64,000 nt of DNA from Octopus sinensis (GCF_006345805.1 NC_043000.1:110608001-110672000); one strand, 5' to 3'; shown: positions 1-12,824, counted from the stretch's first letter. Notes: generated by a model from the sequence alone, not told the origin. Made by a program: numbers and translations.

Positions 1-2948
1 AGCAGTAAAAGCAGAAGCGATTAGGTACAGCAAAGCACTAGCCATAGATAGAAATAGAGTAGAGGGTGAGCTAGTTAAGAAGCTAGAAGAGGCAATTAGA
101 AGCGGCATCGCATCCGACGTTTTGGCGGCGAGGTTGGCCCTCGACCAACACTTCAACACCAAACACGAAGGGTGTGCTGTCAGAGCTAGGATGCGTTCTC
201 TAAGGAACGAAGGTGTTGGAGCCGCGAGAGAGGCCCGGGTACCAGAGGCGCAACAGGGCAACAAAGCCACGATTCGGTCTCTGGTAGATGAACAGGGGCG
301 CGAATTGCTCGAGCCAAGTAAAATGTGTGAGGCCTTTCAACAGCATTTTGCCCGACTGTTCGGGACGAGTGGCGGGCAAGAACGTAGGGTGGACTTCAGT
401 GCCTACCTACACAGCCTACAACAACTGTCGACAAGAGAGACAGGGTGCTGCGAAGGTGCCATCACGGCAGCGGAAGTGCAGGACGCGATGGCAGAATGCT
501 CGGGGGACAAATCGCCGGGTTTGGATGGTCTACCCTACGAGCTTTACAGCTGTATGTCAGACTTGTTTGGAGACGTCTTGGCAGCGGTGTACTGCAACTG
601 GCAGCAAAACGGGAGCATTCCTGGTTTTGTGAGCCGAGAAGCCGTAACACTGCTGAAGAAAGATCTAAACAAGGGAAATGTAATAGATAACTTTAGGCCC
701 ATCACTCTGCTTAATGCAGACTTGAAAATTTTGGCCAAGGTGTTAGCCAAGAGGTTGGCGCTTGTCATAGAGAAACTGGTCGACAAGGCGCAAACGTGCG
801 CCGTGCCGGGCCGGACCATCCATGACAAACTCCACCTGATGCGCTACATCATAGACAGGGTAGTTAACCAATCTGGCATGGGTGGGGCGCTGATCAATTT
901 GGATCAATCGAAACCTTTCGATAGGGTAAACCATCGATACTCAGAGCGGCTGGCTTCGGTCCCGTCTTCCGCGGCTGGATAGCCGCTTTGTACAGAGGCA
1001 TCCGTCCGGTAATTCGCGTAAATGGACATCTATCGAGACCTTTCGACATCGCACGTTCGGTCCGTCAAGGATGCCCCCTCTCGTCGCTTCTATACGTATT
1101 GACTCTCGAGCCATTATTGCGGAAGCTGGCAACTCTGAGGGGCATCCCGCGAGAACTGGGATGCGGGACGAACGTGTCTGCATACGCGGACGACGTCACC
1201 CTCATAGTGTCTAGCCACGAGCACATCGAGCAGGTCGGCGAGACACTGAAAAACTACGAAGCGGTGACAGGAGCGAAAATCAACCGGGAAAAGTCAGTGG
1301 GCTTGCGACTAGGCACCTGGAGAAGCAAGCCCATGCCGTCCACCAGCGCCTCCGTTGTGGGACGCTGGACCGACGGTCCGGTCGAGTTGCTCGGGTCTGG
1401 TTCGGTCCGGACCTCCAAATGGAGAAGAACTGGAACGAGAAAACGAGTAGGGTGGTCACTCTCGCCCGGCAATGGGCCGAGAGGAAACTGTCCCTAGAAG
1501 GTCGGGCGGAGGTGGCGAACACGTACATCGCGTCCGTCATCTACTACCGCCTGGCCGTCGTGCCTTGTCCCGACCCTACCATCACCAAATTAGAACGCAT
1601 TCTCCTTCGCTTCTTGTGGAAAGGATGCGTCCCGATGGTCAGGCGATCCATTTGCTGTCAACACCCGTTAAAAGGAGGACTGGGCATGCAGTGGTTGATG
1701 ATGCGCTGACACGCGCTGAGACTGCGACATCTCAGGCTCTATGTAGACGACGGTGAACAGGTGTGGTCGCCGTTTGTGAGGCACGCTTTCCCGCAGCTAG
1801 CCTCCATGACCGAACTGCAGTCGTGGATCAAAAAGAGGCCGAGGAAGGGCGAATGGCACCGCGAGTGTCGCGTTGCTCTCAAGCAACTCTGCCGTCCCGG
1901 GCCGACCCTGAGTGACTCCATCACAACCTAAGCATTCTATAGGGGATTAGTGGAGGGGAGGTACGACGACGAGCTCGGGGCGAACCTGGACATCGACGAG
2001 GAATACCTGACCCGCCTGTTCGGGACGACTTTCGGGCCAGGGCCCATGGACAACTTCCAGAGATCCCTGGCCTAGCAGTGCTACCGAGAAGCGCTACCCG
2101 TTTGGGATAAGCTCTACAGACACGGCTCGAGAAACACGGGGCCGACTTGCCCGAGATGCGGTCAGAGCGACGAACCGTTCTGCACGCACTCGTGCAGTGT
2201 CCAACAATTTCTGACCTGTGGGCTTATGTCGAACAACTGCTGTCACATGTGGGACGAGTCGGTTTATCAGCTGAGTCTATCGTCAATATTGTCACGCCTC
2301 CTTCCTTCAAACGGGAAGGAAGAGCTATTTTCATCATCCTTGTGGCTATGGCGAAAGAATGTATCTGGTAGACGCGTCTGAAAGGATTGGAGATAAACAC
2401 TTTCCTCTCTGGTCAATCCTCATCAACTTCTTCAAGTACCACTTGAAAAGGAAAGTGAGAGTAGAGAGGCAAGTTTTGTCTAGCGAATGTTTTAAAAAAA
2501 AGAGATGGGTGAATGTAGCAAGGATGCACGTATGAATGACGAAGCCACCTTGAGCATAATCCTATGAACCCAGAAATTGAAAACAGAGGGTTACCCACTT
2601 GCAAACAAATGTGGTAACATATAACAATATTGACCGAGGTTACCGTGGTCTTTTTCGTAGGCTTTTCTTCCCACGGATAAACCTTATCTGCTTCCCCCTT
2701 TACACCGTACATCATGGCACTGTGATACACGATCCCTATTGATCGTTTTTTTCCCTCTTGCCCTTTTTTCCTCTTTTTTCTCCTTTTTTCTTTTCTCTTT
2801 TCTTTTGTTTCTTTTCCTTTTTTTCTTTTTCCCTTTTACGATCCCTTTTGATCGAAAACCTACACCACTTTTTTTCATCCCCCAAAAGAAAAGCTCTACC
2901 TTGTAATTTGTCCCATCTGTGTGCAGCCCTGTGTGGCCAATAAAGAAA
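1..2948 (+). mobile_element. Tx1/L1-clade non-LTR retrotransposon, 3' part (decayed ORF2 reverse transcriptase + C-terminal CCHC + 3' UTR); 5' end lies outside the window
   Basis: ORF 122-982 has KSPGLDGLPYE, NFRPITLLNADLKILAKVLAKRL and LINLDQSKPFDRVNH; ORF 988-1497 has VRQGCPLS and SAYADDVT; 1419-1709 has GGLG; ~2140-2200 reads CPRCGQSDE..H....C. Several frameshifts and stops. Ends in AATAAAGAAACT followed by (TATC)n. Confidence 0.93.
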
Positions 2949-2949
2949 C

Positions 2950-2950
<1 letters not shown>

Positions 2951-3031
<81 letters not shown>

Positions 3032-3037
3032 CTATCA

Positions 3038-3090
<53 letters not shown>

Positions 3091-3110
3091 CCTATCAATA
3101 TTTCTATCTA
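2951..3110. repeat. (TATC)n microsatellite abutting the LINE 3' end
   Basis: Direct reading. Confidence 0.95.
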
Positions 3111-4052
3111 TCCATCTCCATTGTCAATAGAACCGCACCCCAAAAACAAAACAAAAGAAAACCAACAAAAGCAATGTTCTCTTCTTCTAAACAACCCTCC
3201 CCACCCCAAAAAACATCTGTTTTATATAAATCAACAAAATTTCATTTGACAAATTCGAGAAACGAACGAAAGCGCTATTAATAATGAAGAAATAAAAATA
3301 TTTTTTTTCTCAAAATTCTGACACCCTGTATTGTGACCGTGGTTCTGAGACGGCACTGAACACCCCAACAACCTGCATCATGCTATCTTCTGGTCGGATT
3401 TCGGATAATAAGGACCGAACGATAGCAAATGTACAAGTTTTGCTAATTTTTCTCCTTTTGATTCCCTTCTTTTTAGCACTCCTCGCCAATATAACCAACC
3501 TCTTATTCCTATAAATTAAACGAAAAGTCTTGTTGTCATCGTTTCTGCTTACTGCGTTATTTGTGTTTTGATGTACCCCGGTCAATTGGTGACTCCTTGT
3601 ACCCGTATAAATTTCAATTGCGTAAGATAATTAATACTTACCCTTGGGCATCAAAGAGAGAAAGAGAGAGAGAGAGAGAGAGAGCGTCCGGAATTTTTGT
3701 CTTAATTATCCTGATCTATAATGTTTCCCACGGCCTATATTTTACAAATCCTGAAAGAAACCAACGCAGTAACCTAGATTGAATAAACACCAAGATCTTA
3801 TAGAAATATGTTAATGTTCGTAATTTAGTTATGTGTCTCCATAAATCTCTCTCGATTTTCTCATTCTTTGCGAGTTTGTTAAATTACCGAGTTTAATAAA
3901 GAGCAAAGAAGTTTGAGATTCGTCGCAATAACGAGACGAAATGTCCGCTCACAAACATGCGACGATGAAAACATGTCTCCATGTTCGTTGATTAGGTACT
4001 GGTAAGTGAAGGAAATTGAACTGGAGAAGGCCTCCGGAGAGAAACCCACCAC

Positions 4053-4282
4053 AGCGAGCTGGCAGAAACGTTAGCACGCTGGGCGAAATGCTTAACAGCA
4101 TTTCGTCTGCCGATAGGTTCTGAGTTCAAATTCCGCCGAGGTCGACTTTGCCTTTCATCCTTTCGGGGTCGATAAAGTAAGTGTACCAGTTACGCACTGG
4201 GGTCGATGTAATCGACTTAATCTGTTTGTCTGTCCTTGTTTGTCCCCTCTGTGTTTAGCCCCTTGTGGGTTCTAAAGAAATA
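4053..4282 (+). mobile_element. tRNA-derived SINE, dominant family (head GGCGAGCTGGCAGAA; tail GTTTAGCCCCTTGTGGG..TAAAGAAAT)
   Basis: A-box-like TGGCAGAAACGTTAG, B-box GAGTTCAAATTCC; near-identical copies at 7054, 45678, 51331, 56821. Confidence 0.9.
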
Positions 4283-4546
4283 GGAACGTGTTTTGATCCT
4301 TAGAAGTTAAGTGGTTTGCAAACCATGTCAATAAACAGACGAAGTATTATTCGCTCACGAAAAATTCGACGATGTTCGTTGATTAATTATTACTCGTTAC
4401 TCGTGTCCCGTGCAACAAGCGTGTGTAGCCATTTATGGGAACCATTCCGGTGTGTATCTGGTCTATCGACATTAATCCAATCTTTCTTTTTCTCAAAACG
4501 GACATCGCTTTCATCAATAACTGAACCACCACCACATACACACACA

Positions 4547-4602
<56 letters not shown>

Positions 4603-4684
4603 TATATATATATATATATAAACTTAGATAAATTTAGATGTTTTGACCATTTGACCAAAGGTAGAATTATCTAAATCCTTTTTA

Positions 4685-5000
4685 AGTCAAGTTTTGTGGT
4701 ATCATGGTCCATTCAAGTAGGGAGATTTTGTCGAGTGAGTTGTATCCAGATATGGGTGGCTTATTTGGTATTCCTTGAAGAAATCTGTCCAGGCTCCTTT
4801 TAATGGTGATGAGATCCTTTTCTTCTTTGATCAGTAGTGGGACAGTGTTAAAAAGGGCAGGGCCTGTTGAGGAAAAGAAATTATGTCGCTGTGTACCTAT
4901 ATGTTGTGATCCTGAATTGGGCAGGGGACGTATGGCCCGTGGTCCCAGCCTTGGATGAACCTTGAAGCTAATGTTCTGGTCATTTGGGAGTAAGACAACT
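4685..5000 (-). mobile_element. CR1-group LINE, C-terminal/3' fragment
   Basis: ORF 4682-5059 contains RHNFFSSTGPALFNTVP...IKRSLDRFLQGIPNKP, which resembles the ORF2 C-terminus of CR1-group LINEs. Confidence 0.65.
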
Positions 5001-5153
5001 TTTTCATGTTTGTTGCACACACACGTCTTTGCTAGTAAATACGCAGTGAAGCTATACAATAGCGTCGTATTTGTATCGATTGCTATTTTCCAGTAAAATT
5101 GGTGCCTTGTTATACCACTTATCTATTTTTATATGTATATCTATCCATATATG

Positions 5154-5201
<48 letters not shown>

Positions 5202-5405
5202 TATATATTATATATATATATATATATATATTGTGTGTGTGGTGTGTGTGTGTATGTATGTATATGTTTATGTATATTGTGTGTATGTATATATATGTAT
5301 GTACATATATATATGTATATATATATGCATATATATATATATATTATATATATATATATATATAGATATATATATCTATATATATATATATATAGATATA
5401 TATAT

Positions 5406-5445
<40 letters not shown>

Positions 5446-5646
5446 GAACTCTTGTAGTTTTATTTTATAACTGCTCCTGCTGTCGTTTCTGCTCCGCCTT
5501 AAAACGTATTTGTTATTCGTCCTAAGAAAGTGGCCCTCCATAATTTGCACCCGAAAACTCAATGATCGTTTAACATTTCCTAATGATGAGTCATAAATCT
5601 GTTTACGATTGCGTACATAACGTACATTCATTGGGTCAATTATCAA

Positions 5647-5688
<42 letters not shown>

Positions 5689-6039
5689 TGAGAGGCCGAG
5701 CAACGAAGCGTTATGAACATTTTCATTGTATTGTAAAAGTGTATAATGGAGATATGTAGGCTTTGAGAGACGTTTTTATAGCATTGTTAATGTTTACATA
5801 GCATGGAATAATGAGAGACGTCGAAAAATAAATATACAGATAAATGTATATATAGATAAATCGTGATGACACTTCCATTTCCTGTTTCACCTTTCAGTTC
5901 GCGGCTTATCTTGAATAACTACAAAATACAAAATATTCGGGGGATAAATTTGACGGTTTGCCTCGGGGGCGGTGTAGGGAACGAACAAACAAACAAGCAA
6001 AAAGACAAAACAGTATTTCATCCCCCCCCCCCAAATATT

Positions 6040-7040
6040 TAAAAAAAAGTCTGGGATTATGGCTGGAAGATAACAGTGCGCAGAAAGTAACCACCCTCGG
6101 CTTCAAGCATGGCCTTGAGACAGCGCCAGAACCAGGTGCATGCATTCCTCACAGTGTCCCCGGGAAGACCTTCAAACATGTCCTTGATCTTGGCCACCAA
6201 CTCGGCCTTGGTGTTGCAAGCAGTGCAGTCGGTGTCTTTCTCAACCGTGGCCCACACATACTAATCCATGAAAATCGATGGAAATCGAGGGAATTAGGAG
6301 GCCAGTAATTGGGGCTGGTGAAGTTGAAGAAATTCTCCACTTCTGACTCTTTCCAAATAAATGGTAAGGAGCGGAATCCTGGTTCCGCACCTACGGCCTT
6401 CCATCAGAAACGCTTCGCAGCCAAGGATTGACCACGGTCTCCAGCAGCCTCACATAACCACCTGAAATGAGCCGAACTCCCTGTTCAAAGGTGTGGGACG
6501 GCATGATGTCGCCCTGGCTGAAAACACACCCAAAGACCATCACAGTTTGGAGGAATTCAGTTTTCATGATACACGGGACGTCACGTGGATTGTAAGCAAA
6601 TCAACTGTTTTTTTAGATGTTATGCTGCTTGGTCCTCGCAGAAATGTTTTTTTTTTTACCTTTGAGAGGAACCAGATAATTCCCGGCTCAACAAGATGCC
6701 TCATCTTGTTCAGGAGCTTCTTTGCCTTCGTCAAGCAGTTCTTCTTGGCCATGGATATCAGAATTCATTCCCATGCGCCTTTTCTACAAGTGGAAGCGAA
6801 GGTCTTCATTCATTTCCAGCTTCTTATGGAGTCTCCAACTCTCATCTCTCTCGCCAAAGCCCGGACACCGTTGCTCGGATCGTCAAATAACTTGTCCTGC
6901 AGTTGTCGGATAAATTCCGACATGTAGAGCAGTCAGGATGCCTGCTGTATTCCTATCTGCTGGCCACGGCATCGTAGTCTCCATTGCAGCCATCCAGGTT
7001 ACAGGGCTCACAGTGCATTGAGCTGCTGTCATGATGTCGG
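6040..7040 (-). mobile_element. Decayed Tc1/mariner-superfamily transposase (maT/DD37D-like)
   Basis: Fragments LLNKMRHLVEPGIIWF (before the first D), ENFFNFTSPNYWPPNS and WATVEK..CNTKAELVAKIK..EAEGGYF, broken by frameshifts. The subfamily call is inferred from motif style. Confidence 0.8.
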
Positions 7041-7053
7041 TATTTTGACACAC

Positions 7054-7284
7054 AAGGCGGCGATCTGGCAGAAACGTTAGCACGCCAAGCGAAATGCTTA
7101 GCGGTATTTCGTCTGCCGCTACGTTCTGAGTTCAAATTCCGCCGAGGTCGACTTTGCCTTTCATTCTTTCGGGGTCGATTAAATAAATACCAGTTACGCA
7201 CTGGGTCGATATAATCGACTTAATCCGTTTGTCTGTCCTTGTTTGTCCTCTGTGTGTTTAGCCCCTTGTGGGTAGTAAAGATAT
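7054..7284 (+). mobile_element. tRNA-derived SINE, full length
   Basis: Same head, body and tail as 4053-4282. Confidence 0.9.
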
Positions 7285-7990
7285 AGGTATTGAAACACCC
7301 AGCACACACCGTCATGATACAGGTAATACTTTTCCAATATTCAAATAGCTTCTGCTCCTCCATGTCCACTAACCTTTTCTCGATTGTAACTTTGATTTTA
7401 ATGGTCTCTGACGCCGTCGACTGTTCACCAACACCTCGAGCTGTTCCTGAATAAAAAGAGACAAAGAATCGGCAAATTTATCCCGAACAGCCTAGAATTG
7501 AAATGATTGTAAAGCGCGAAAAGCAAGGGAAACAACCTAAGCTGCAGATTATTCACAAGGGAAAGTATTCTTGTCCTACTTTAAGCTGCAAAACCAAATA
7601 ATTTCTCGAGTCCGAGTATACATGACGTCGGTAGCTTTGTTTCCAAATCACAGCAGTCCACCTCCCGAACGGGACATCGGGTTGTTACCGAGCTCATTGC
7701 CAGTAATTTTGAAGGGAGGGGAGGATTAGATTACGTCGACCCCAGGACTTAATTGAAAGGCAAAACTGAACTAGGAACATAAAAAAATAAATGCTGGCAG
7801 AAATACTGCAAATCCTTTCGTCCAACCCATTAATGATTGCGGCCAGTCGACCGTTTTGCTTTTTATGGCAGCAGCTTCTAAAGATAGTCTCGCGAGAACT
7901 GCTACACGCTGTTTCAAAACACCTCCGCTCGAACGTATATTCTTTTCTACTCTACACGCTGTTTCAAAACACCTCCGCTCGAACGTATAT

Positions 7991-8391
7991 TCTTTTCTAC
8001 TCTAGGCACAAGGCCCGAAATTTTTGGAGAGGGGGGCCAGTCGATTAGATCGATCCAAGTACGCAACTGCTACTTAATTTATCGACCCCGAAAGGATGAA
8101 AGGCAAAGTCGACTTCGGTGGAATTTGAACTCAGAAAGTAGCGGCAGACGAAATACCTATTTCTTTACTACCCACAAGTGGCTAAACACAGAGGGGACAA
8201 ACAAGGACAGACAGACGGATTAAGTCGATTATATCGATCCCAGTGCGTAACTGGTACTTATTTAATCGACCCCGAAAGGATGAAAGGCAAAGTCGACCTT
8301 GGCGGAATTTGAACTTAGAACGTAACGGCAGACGAAATACCGTTAAGCATTTTTCCCAGCCCGCTAACGATTCCGCCAGCTCGCTGCCTTA
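7991..8391 (-). mobile_element. Nested/dimeric SINE: young copy (~8158-8341) inside an older copy with a different tail
   Basis: CGGCAGACGAAATACC occurs at 8142-8157 and 8326-8341; the outer unit is flanked by GAACGTATATT on both sides (TSD-like). Confidence 0.85.
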
Positions 8392-8925
8392 CTTGAACGT
8401 ATATTGGTAATCGTTCGATATTGGTATATGACGTCATTCACCCGCAAAATCTTATGACATTGATAAAGAAGCTAGACTGAAAAAATGGGGTGAATGAGGT
8501 CATTTCCTCATACTGACACCCTCTACACCAATATCGAAGGATCGCCCGTATATTTTATGGATGTTCCCCGCTATACTAATTTACGTATAACATTATTTCA
8601 TTTTATTGTGTCTAGGGAGAGTCATTCTCTTCTAATGCTTTATCAAGTAACACACTCACCGGTTCGATTTCTACTCATTTGCTTATTTATTGTTATTATT
8701 GTTTTTTGTTTTGTTTTAGAGAGGAAATTTATTCATAAAAGTGACTTACTTGCTTTGAAAATCGTGATTATTTTTTCGTAAAGATATTTTATTGAATTAT
8801 AATAAGACACCTTATTATAATAAGACACCTTATTCCAGGAAAGACCAGATCTTTGTTTTGCGAGACCCACTTTGGGACGCAATGCTAAAAGCTGGATATT
8901 GGGAGAAACCACAACACCGTTCACT

Positions 8926-8980
<55 letters not shown>

Positions 8981-9581
8981 CTCCCTGTTTTCCTCTCTCC
9001 CCATCTCTCCCTCTCTCAATTTTTCTCACTCTTAAAGGGCAAGAGCCCCTAATACTGAGTTTATAGTTTTCTTACAATTCAATTCTCTTTCCCATTCTGT
9101 GAACTTTTACAAGATCAGCTACAATCTCGGGACGGACGAGTGTATGAGACCGAATGGCAGCAGCATTCCTGTAAATTCGAGCAATCCCAAACATTATTTG
9201 TTCTGAAAGACATCGCGCCTCTTGTCAACAAAAGAAGGATTGAAACACGCTAAAAACACACGTGCTTTCGATTGTTTTAATTAGCTTTCCTTGTTTTTAA
9301 AGGTTGAAAATGCCATTTCCCGTTAAATATCTATTTAAAAAAAAATACCCTTGATTTTCGATGGTAAAGAAACCCAAAAGATTCCTTAGAAAACTGAATC
9401 AACTTTGAACTACCAATGTTTAAAGATCACGGTTGTCATATCAGGGGAGATAACTATTTAACATACAAACTTTATCTAGGGGAGACAATTGAGTAACGGA
9501 GCGTGAATACTTTGCTGTCTTCTAAACTTGCGAAGAAACCAACGACTTTTCTCACACGTTAAACAGCTTAATTAGTTCAAA

Positions 9582-9810
9582 CTGTTGTGTCTGGGGAGAG
9601 TCATTTTCTTTTTGTGCCTTATAATGTAACACTCTCACCGGTAAAATTTCCACTTTTTTCTTATTTTTATTTTCCTAAAATTTTCGTTGCGTCTTGCAAC
9701 ATTTTCAATAGTCTTGACTCTGTCCGTTATTATAATAAGTGGAAATTTTACCGGTGAGTGTGTTACATTATGAGACCCAAAAAGAAAATGACTCTCCCCA
9801 GACACAACAG
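9582..9810. mobile_element. MITE with ~75-bp terminal inverted repeats
   Basis: CTGTTGTGTCTGGGGAGAGTCATTTTCTTTTTG...CAAAAAGAAAATGACTCTCCCCAGACACAACAG; a diverged partial relative lies at ~8610-8670. Confidence 0.8.
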
Positions 9811-10129
9811 AATATGCTTCAACACAGGAGCTCGCATAAAGAATCTTGCAAACGAAATCCAAAAACGAAATAGTTCAAACTGGATATCAGTATAATATTC
9901 ACCAGCGCACGTGAACAACCACTTATGGACAAACGTAGAGTTTTGGAAACCTGATAAAGAATTCAGAAAAAAACTAACCCCTGCTGTTGTACCTAGCGTT
10001 TATCTGAAATCTGTATACATCCATCCATTTTCTCCACACATGATCCCTGGACGGGTTTGTGGTGGTAGAGTCCTCGGGTATTTCCTCCATATGGTCCGAA
10101 ACAACCATTATTACATTCTTCAGCCGGAT

Positions 10130-10440
10130 TCCCAAGCATGACCACCTGCGACTATGGTTATTAACCAATCATCTCATACTCGCTCTACCCTCAGGTCTCT
10201 CACCACTTTTCTCGGCTTGAAGAAACCATTTTTTTTTTCCTGCAACATCTCATGTTTGCAATACCAGAGCTGTGATCTTTCAGCTCGACTGGAAGAGAAT
10301 CTCTGATCTCTGAGCAAGGCACCCTGTCGAGTAACATCACTCCAGCGATTCTTAGGAAGAAATCCATCCCGACCGCATGTACTTCTAATCCTGCTCTTTC
10401 AGTCATTACTCAAGATACATGACCATAATTGAGGACAGAC
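10130..10440 (-). mobile_element. RTE-clade LINE fragment
   Basis: YGH..(W)VMTERAGLEVHAVGMDFFLRIAGVMLLDRVPCSEIR matches the RTE post-RT region. Confidence 0.75.
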
Positions 10441-10846
10441 ATGAGAACCGAACTGAAGATAGTGAATTTGGGTTTTAACAACGTTTCCCACTCGGGGGAT
10501 CTGTATATGAGGGCCATAAATAGGAAAATATTAATTTCTAGCATGAACACAGAGCCCCAAATTTCGGAGAGCGTATTTCAATTTTAGTGAATCCAATATT
10601 TGATCAGCGATTTACTTTATCGGCCTGCAGAAGGACGAAAGATAAAAATTAGGTCGGCGGGATTTGAACCCGAAGGCAAAAGTATAAAAGTTGAATATCG
10701 TCGAGTATGCTGTCCGATGATCTACCAATTGTGCCATGCCACCACGCAAGAAAATAACGGTAAAGGAAGGAAATGATTGAACAAATGTCAGAACTGTTTG
10801 GGAAGTTTTAAATCAACCTCCACGGCTGTACGGTTAAGAAGTTCAC

Positions 10847-11497
10847 GGATCTTTTCCTTTTGAACGGCAGACAATTTCTAGTTAACTAAACACTTTAAAA
10901 CTTCGTATACTGGTAGAATGTGTCAAAATAAAACATTTTTTCTCTTCGCTTTCTTGAGAAAATTGTAATTTGTTTGTTTAATGTAGTTTAATTTTTCGAA
11001 TTTTAACCAATCCTATGCTCTCTTTTGAGCTAAAATCATTTGCTGCGTCTAAAACTGAGACAACATCCTGTAACTAACCCTAAACCTCCCCCCTAACCCT
11101 AACCCTACCCCTAAATTTTTTTTTTCTTAATTGTTAAATTAATTTAATTGTTACGCGTGTAAAAAAACTAAAGCAATGGAATTAAATTAATTTAACAATT
11201 AAGAAAAAAAAATTAGGGTTAGGGTTAGGGTTAGGGGGTAGGTTTAGGGTTAGTTACAGGATGTTGTCTCAGTTTTAGACGCAGCAAATGATTTTAGTTG
11301 AATGGAGGTAATCGATTGGCTAAAATTGCCGAAATGCTCGGATTTTCAGACGACATATCTTACAGACTATAGAATTTTCTCAATAAAACCAAGAGAAAAT
11401 GATGTTTTATAAATACATTCTACCAGTATACGAAGTTTAAAAGTGTTTAGTTAACTAGAAATTGTGTTGACATCTGCCGTTCAAAAGGAAAAGATCC
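10847..11497. mobile_element. Foldback/MITE element with 8-bp TSD (AAGTTCAC) and internal inverted telomeric repeats, inserted into a SINE
   Basis: Ends GGATCTTTTCCTTTTGAACGGCAGA / TCTGCCGTTCAAAAGGAAAAGATCC; AAGTTCAC at 10839-10846 and 11498-11505; (CCCTAA)n at ~11076-11112 and (TTAGGG)n at ~11213-11250. Confidence 0.9.
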
Positions 11498-12624
11498 AAG
11501 TTCACTTTGCATCCATGAGGTTTCCAGTTCGGTCTCATTGTATGGCACCATGGGTGAGTATCTTCTGCTATAGTCCTGGGCCGCAAATGCCTTGTGAGTG
11601 AATTTTGTAGACGGAAATTCTGTGGGAACCTATTGTACACACACACAGACACGCGCGTGCGCAAACAGAATATGCGTATATTCTTTAGAGCCATTTCCTT
11701 CTTCCTTAATTACATATTCAAACTTCTAATCGCGCCAAATATTATGAAGAAATGATTATCTCCCTTGTATTTACTGTTCGCTAGTGGGCTCCAAGTACTG
11801 AATTCTTTTATGATTAATGCAATTAATCTAGTCTTTTTCAACTGCACAAGTTTAACAAAGCCGAAACAAGTAGGGGAATCGTTACCCGTATTTGGCATGA
11901 TCCCATTAAAGTTACGTTAATTATTGAAGTAATCTTCTTTCACTGCATGACTATGTAATTTGTAATTAATATTATTAATTAGTTAAGGCGATGTGCAGGC
12001 AGAATCATTAGCATTTCGGGGAAAAGGCTTAGCGGTGTTTGGTCTGTCTTTACGTTCTGAGTTCAAATTCCGTCGAGGTTGACTTTGCCTTTAATCTTTA
12101 TAGGGTCGATAACTAAGCGACAGTTGTAAAAACTGGGGTCAATGTCATCGACTTGCTCCTTCCCTCAAAATTGTTGGCCTTATGCGAAAATTGGAAATCA
12201 ATATTATTAATTAATTATTAAATTCCTTCTTCCCTCACAACATAAAGTATGACGGTTCGAACTTAGCCTTACATCATTTACTATCCTGAAGTTCCTTTAT
12301 GGACTCGCTTCGGGGTCCCGAGAAGTGTATCCTCTACACTCCCAATTACTAGCGTAGCTAGAGGCAGGGGGCAGGGGGCACAGGAGTTTGTCCGCCCCCA
12401 AGCGGCACTTTTATGGGGATGGATCCACTTTTGGGTCTGTTGTAGATAATATGTATTTTTCGCGGGGACCCAGAGTTGGAAACTGAAAGGCCGCCCCCGG
12501 CGGCACACACTCTAGCTACGCTAATGCTCTCACCTCATGCCTCCCAGAACAACTTGCCGAATTAGTTTTTGATGTAACAACATCGAAGAGAGACTGCAAT
12601 TTATCATTATTATTATCGTTATGA

Positions 12625-12787
12625 AGGCGGCGAGCTGGACGAAATGCTTAGCGAATTCCGCCGAAGTCGACTTTTCTTTTCATCCTTTCGGGGTCGATAA
12701 ATTAAGTAACAGTGGCATATTGGGGTCGATCTAATGAACTCCAAAATTTCCCCCAAAATTTCGGGCCTTGTGCCTAGAGTAGAAAAG

Positions 12788-12824
<37 letters not shown>

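Noticed and set aside
9850-10015. THAP-domain remnant (RKKLTPAVVPSV resembles the AVPTIF box)
   Set aside because: The C2CH residues could not be found in frame; one short motif is insufficient.
11076-11250. Telomere or chromosome-fusion scar
   Set aside because: The repeats are short, lie inside a TSD-flanked foldback element, and are oriented CCCTAA then TTAGGG, opposite to a fusion.
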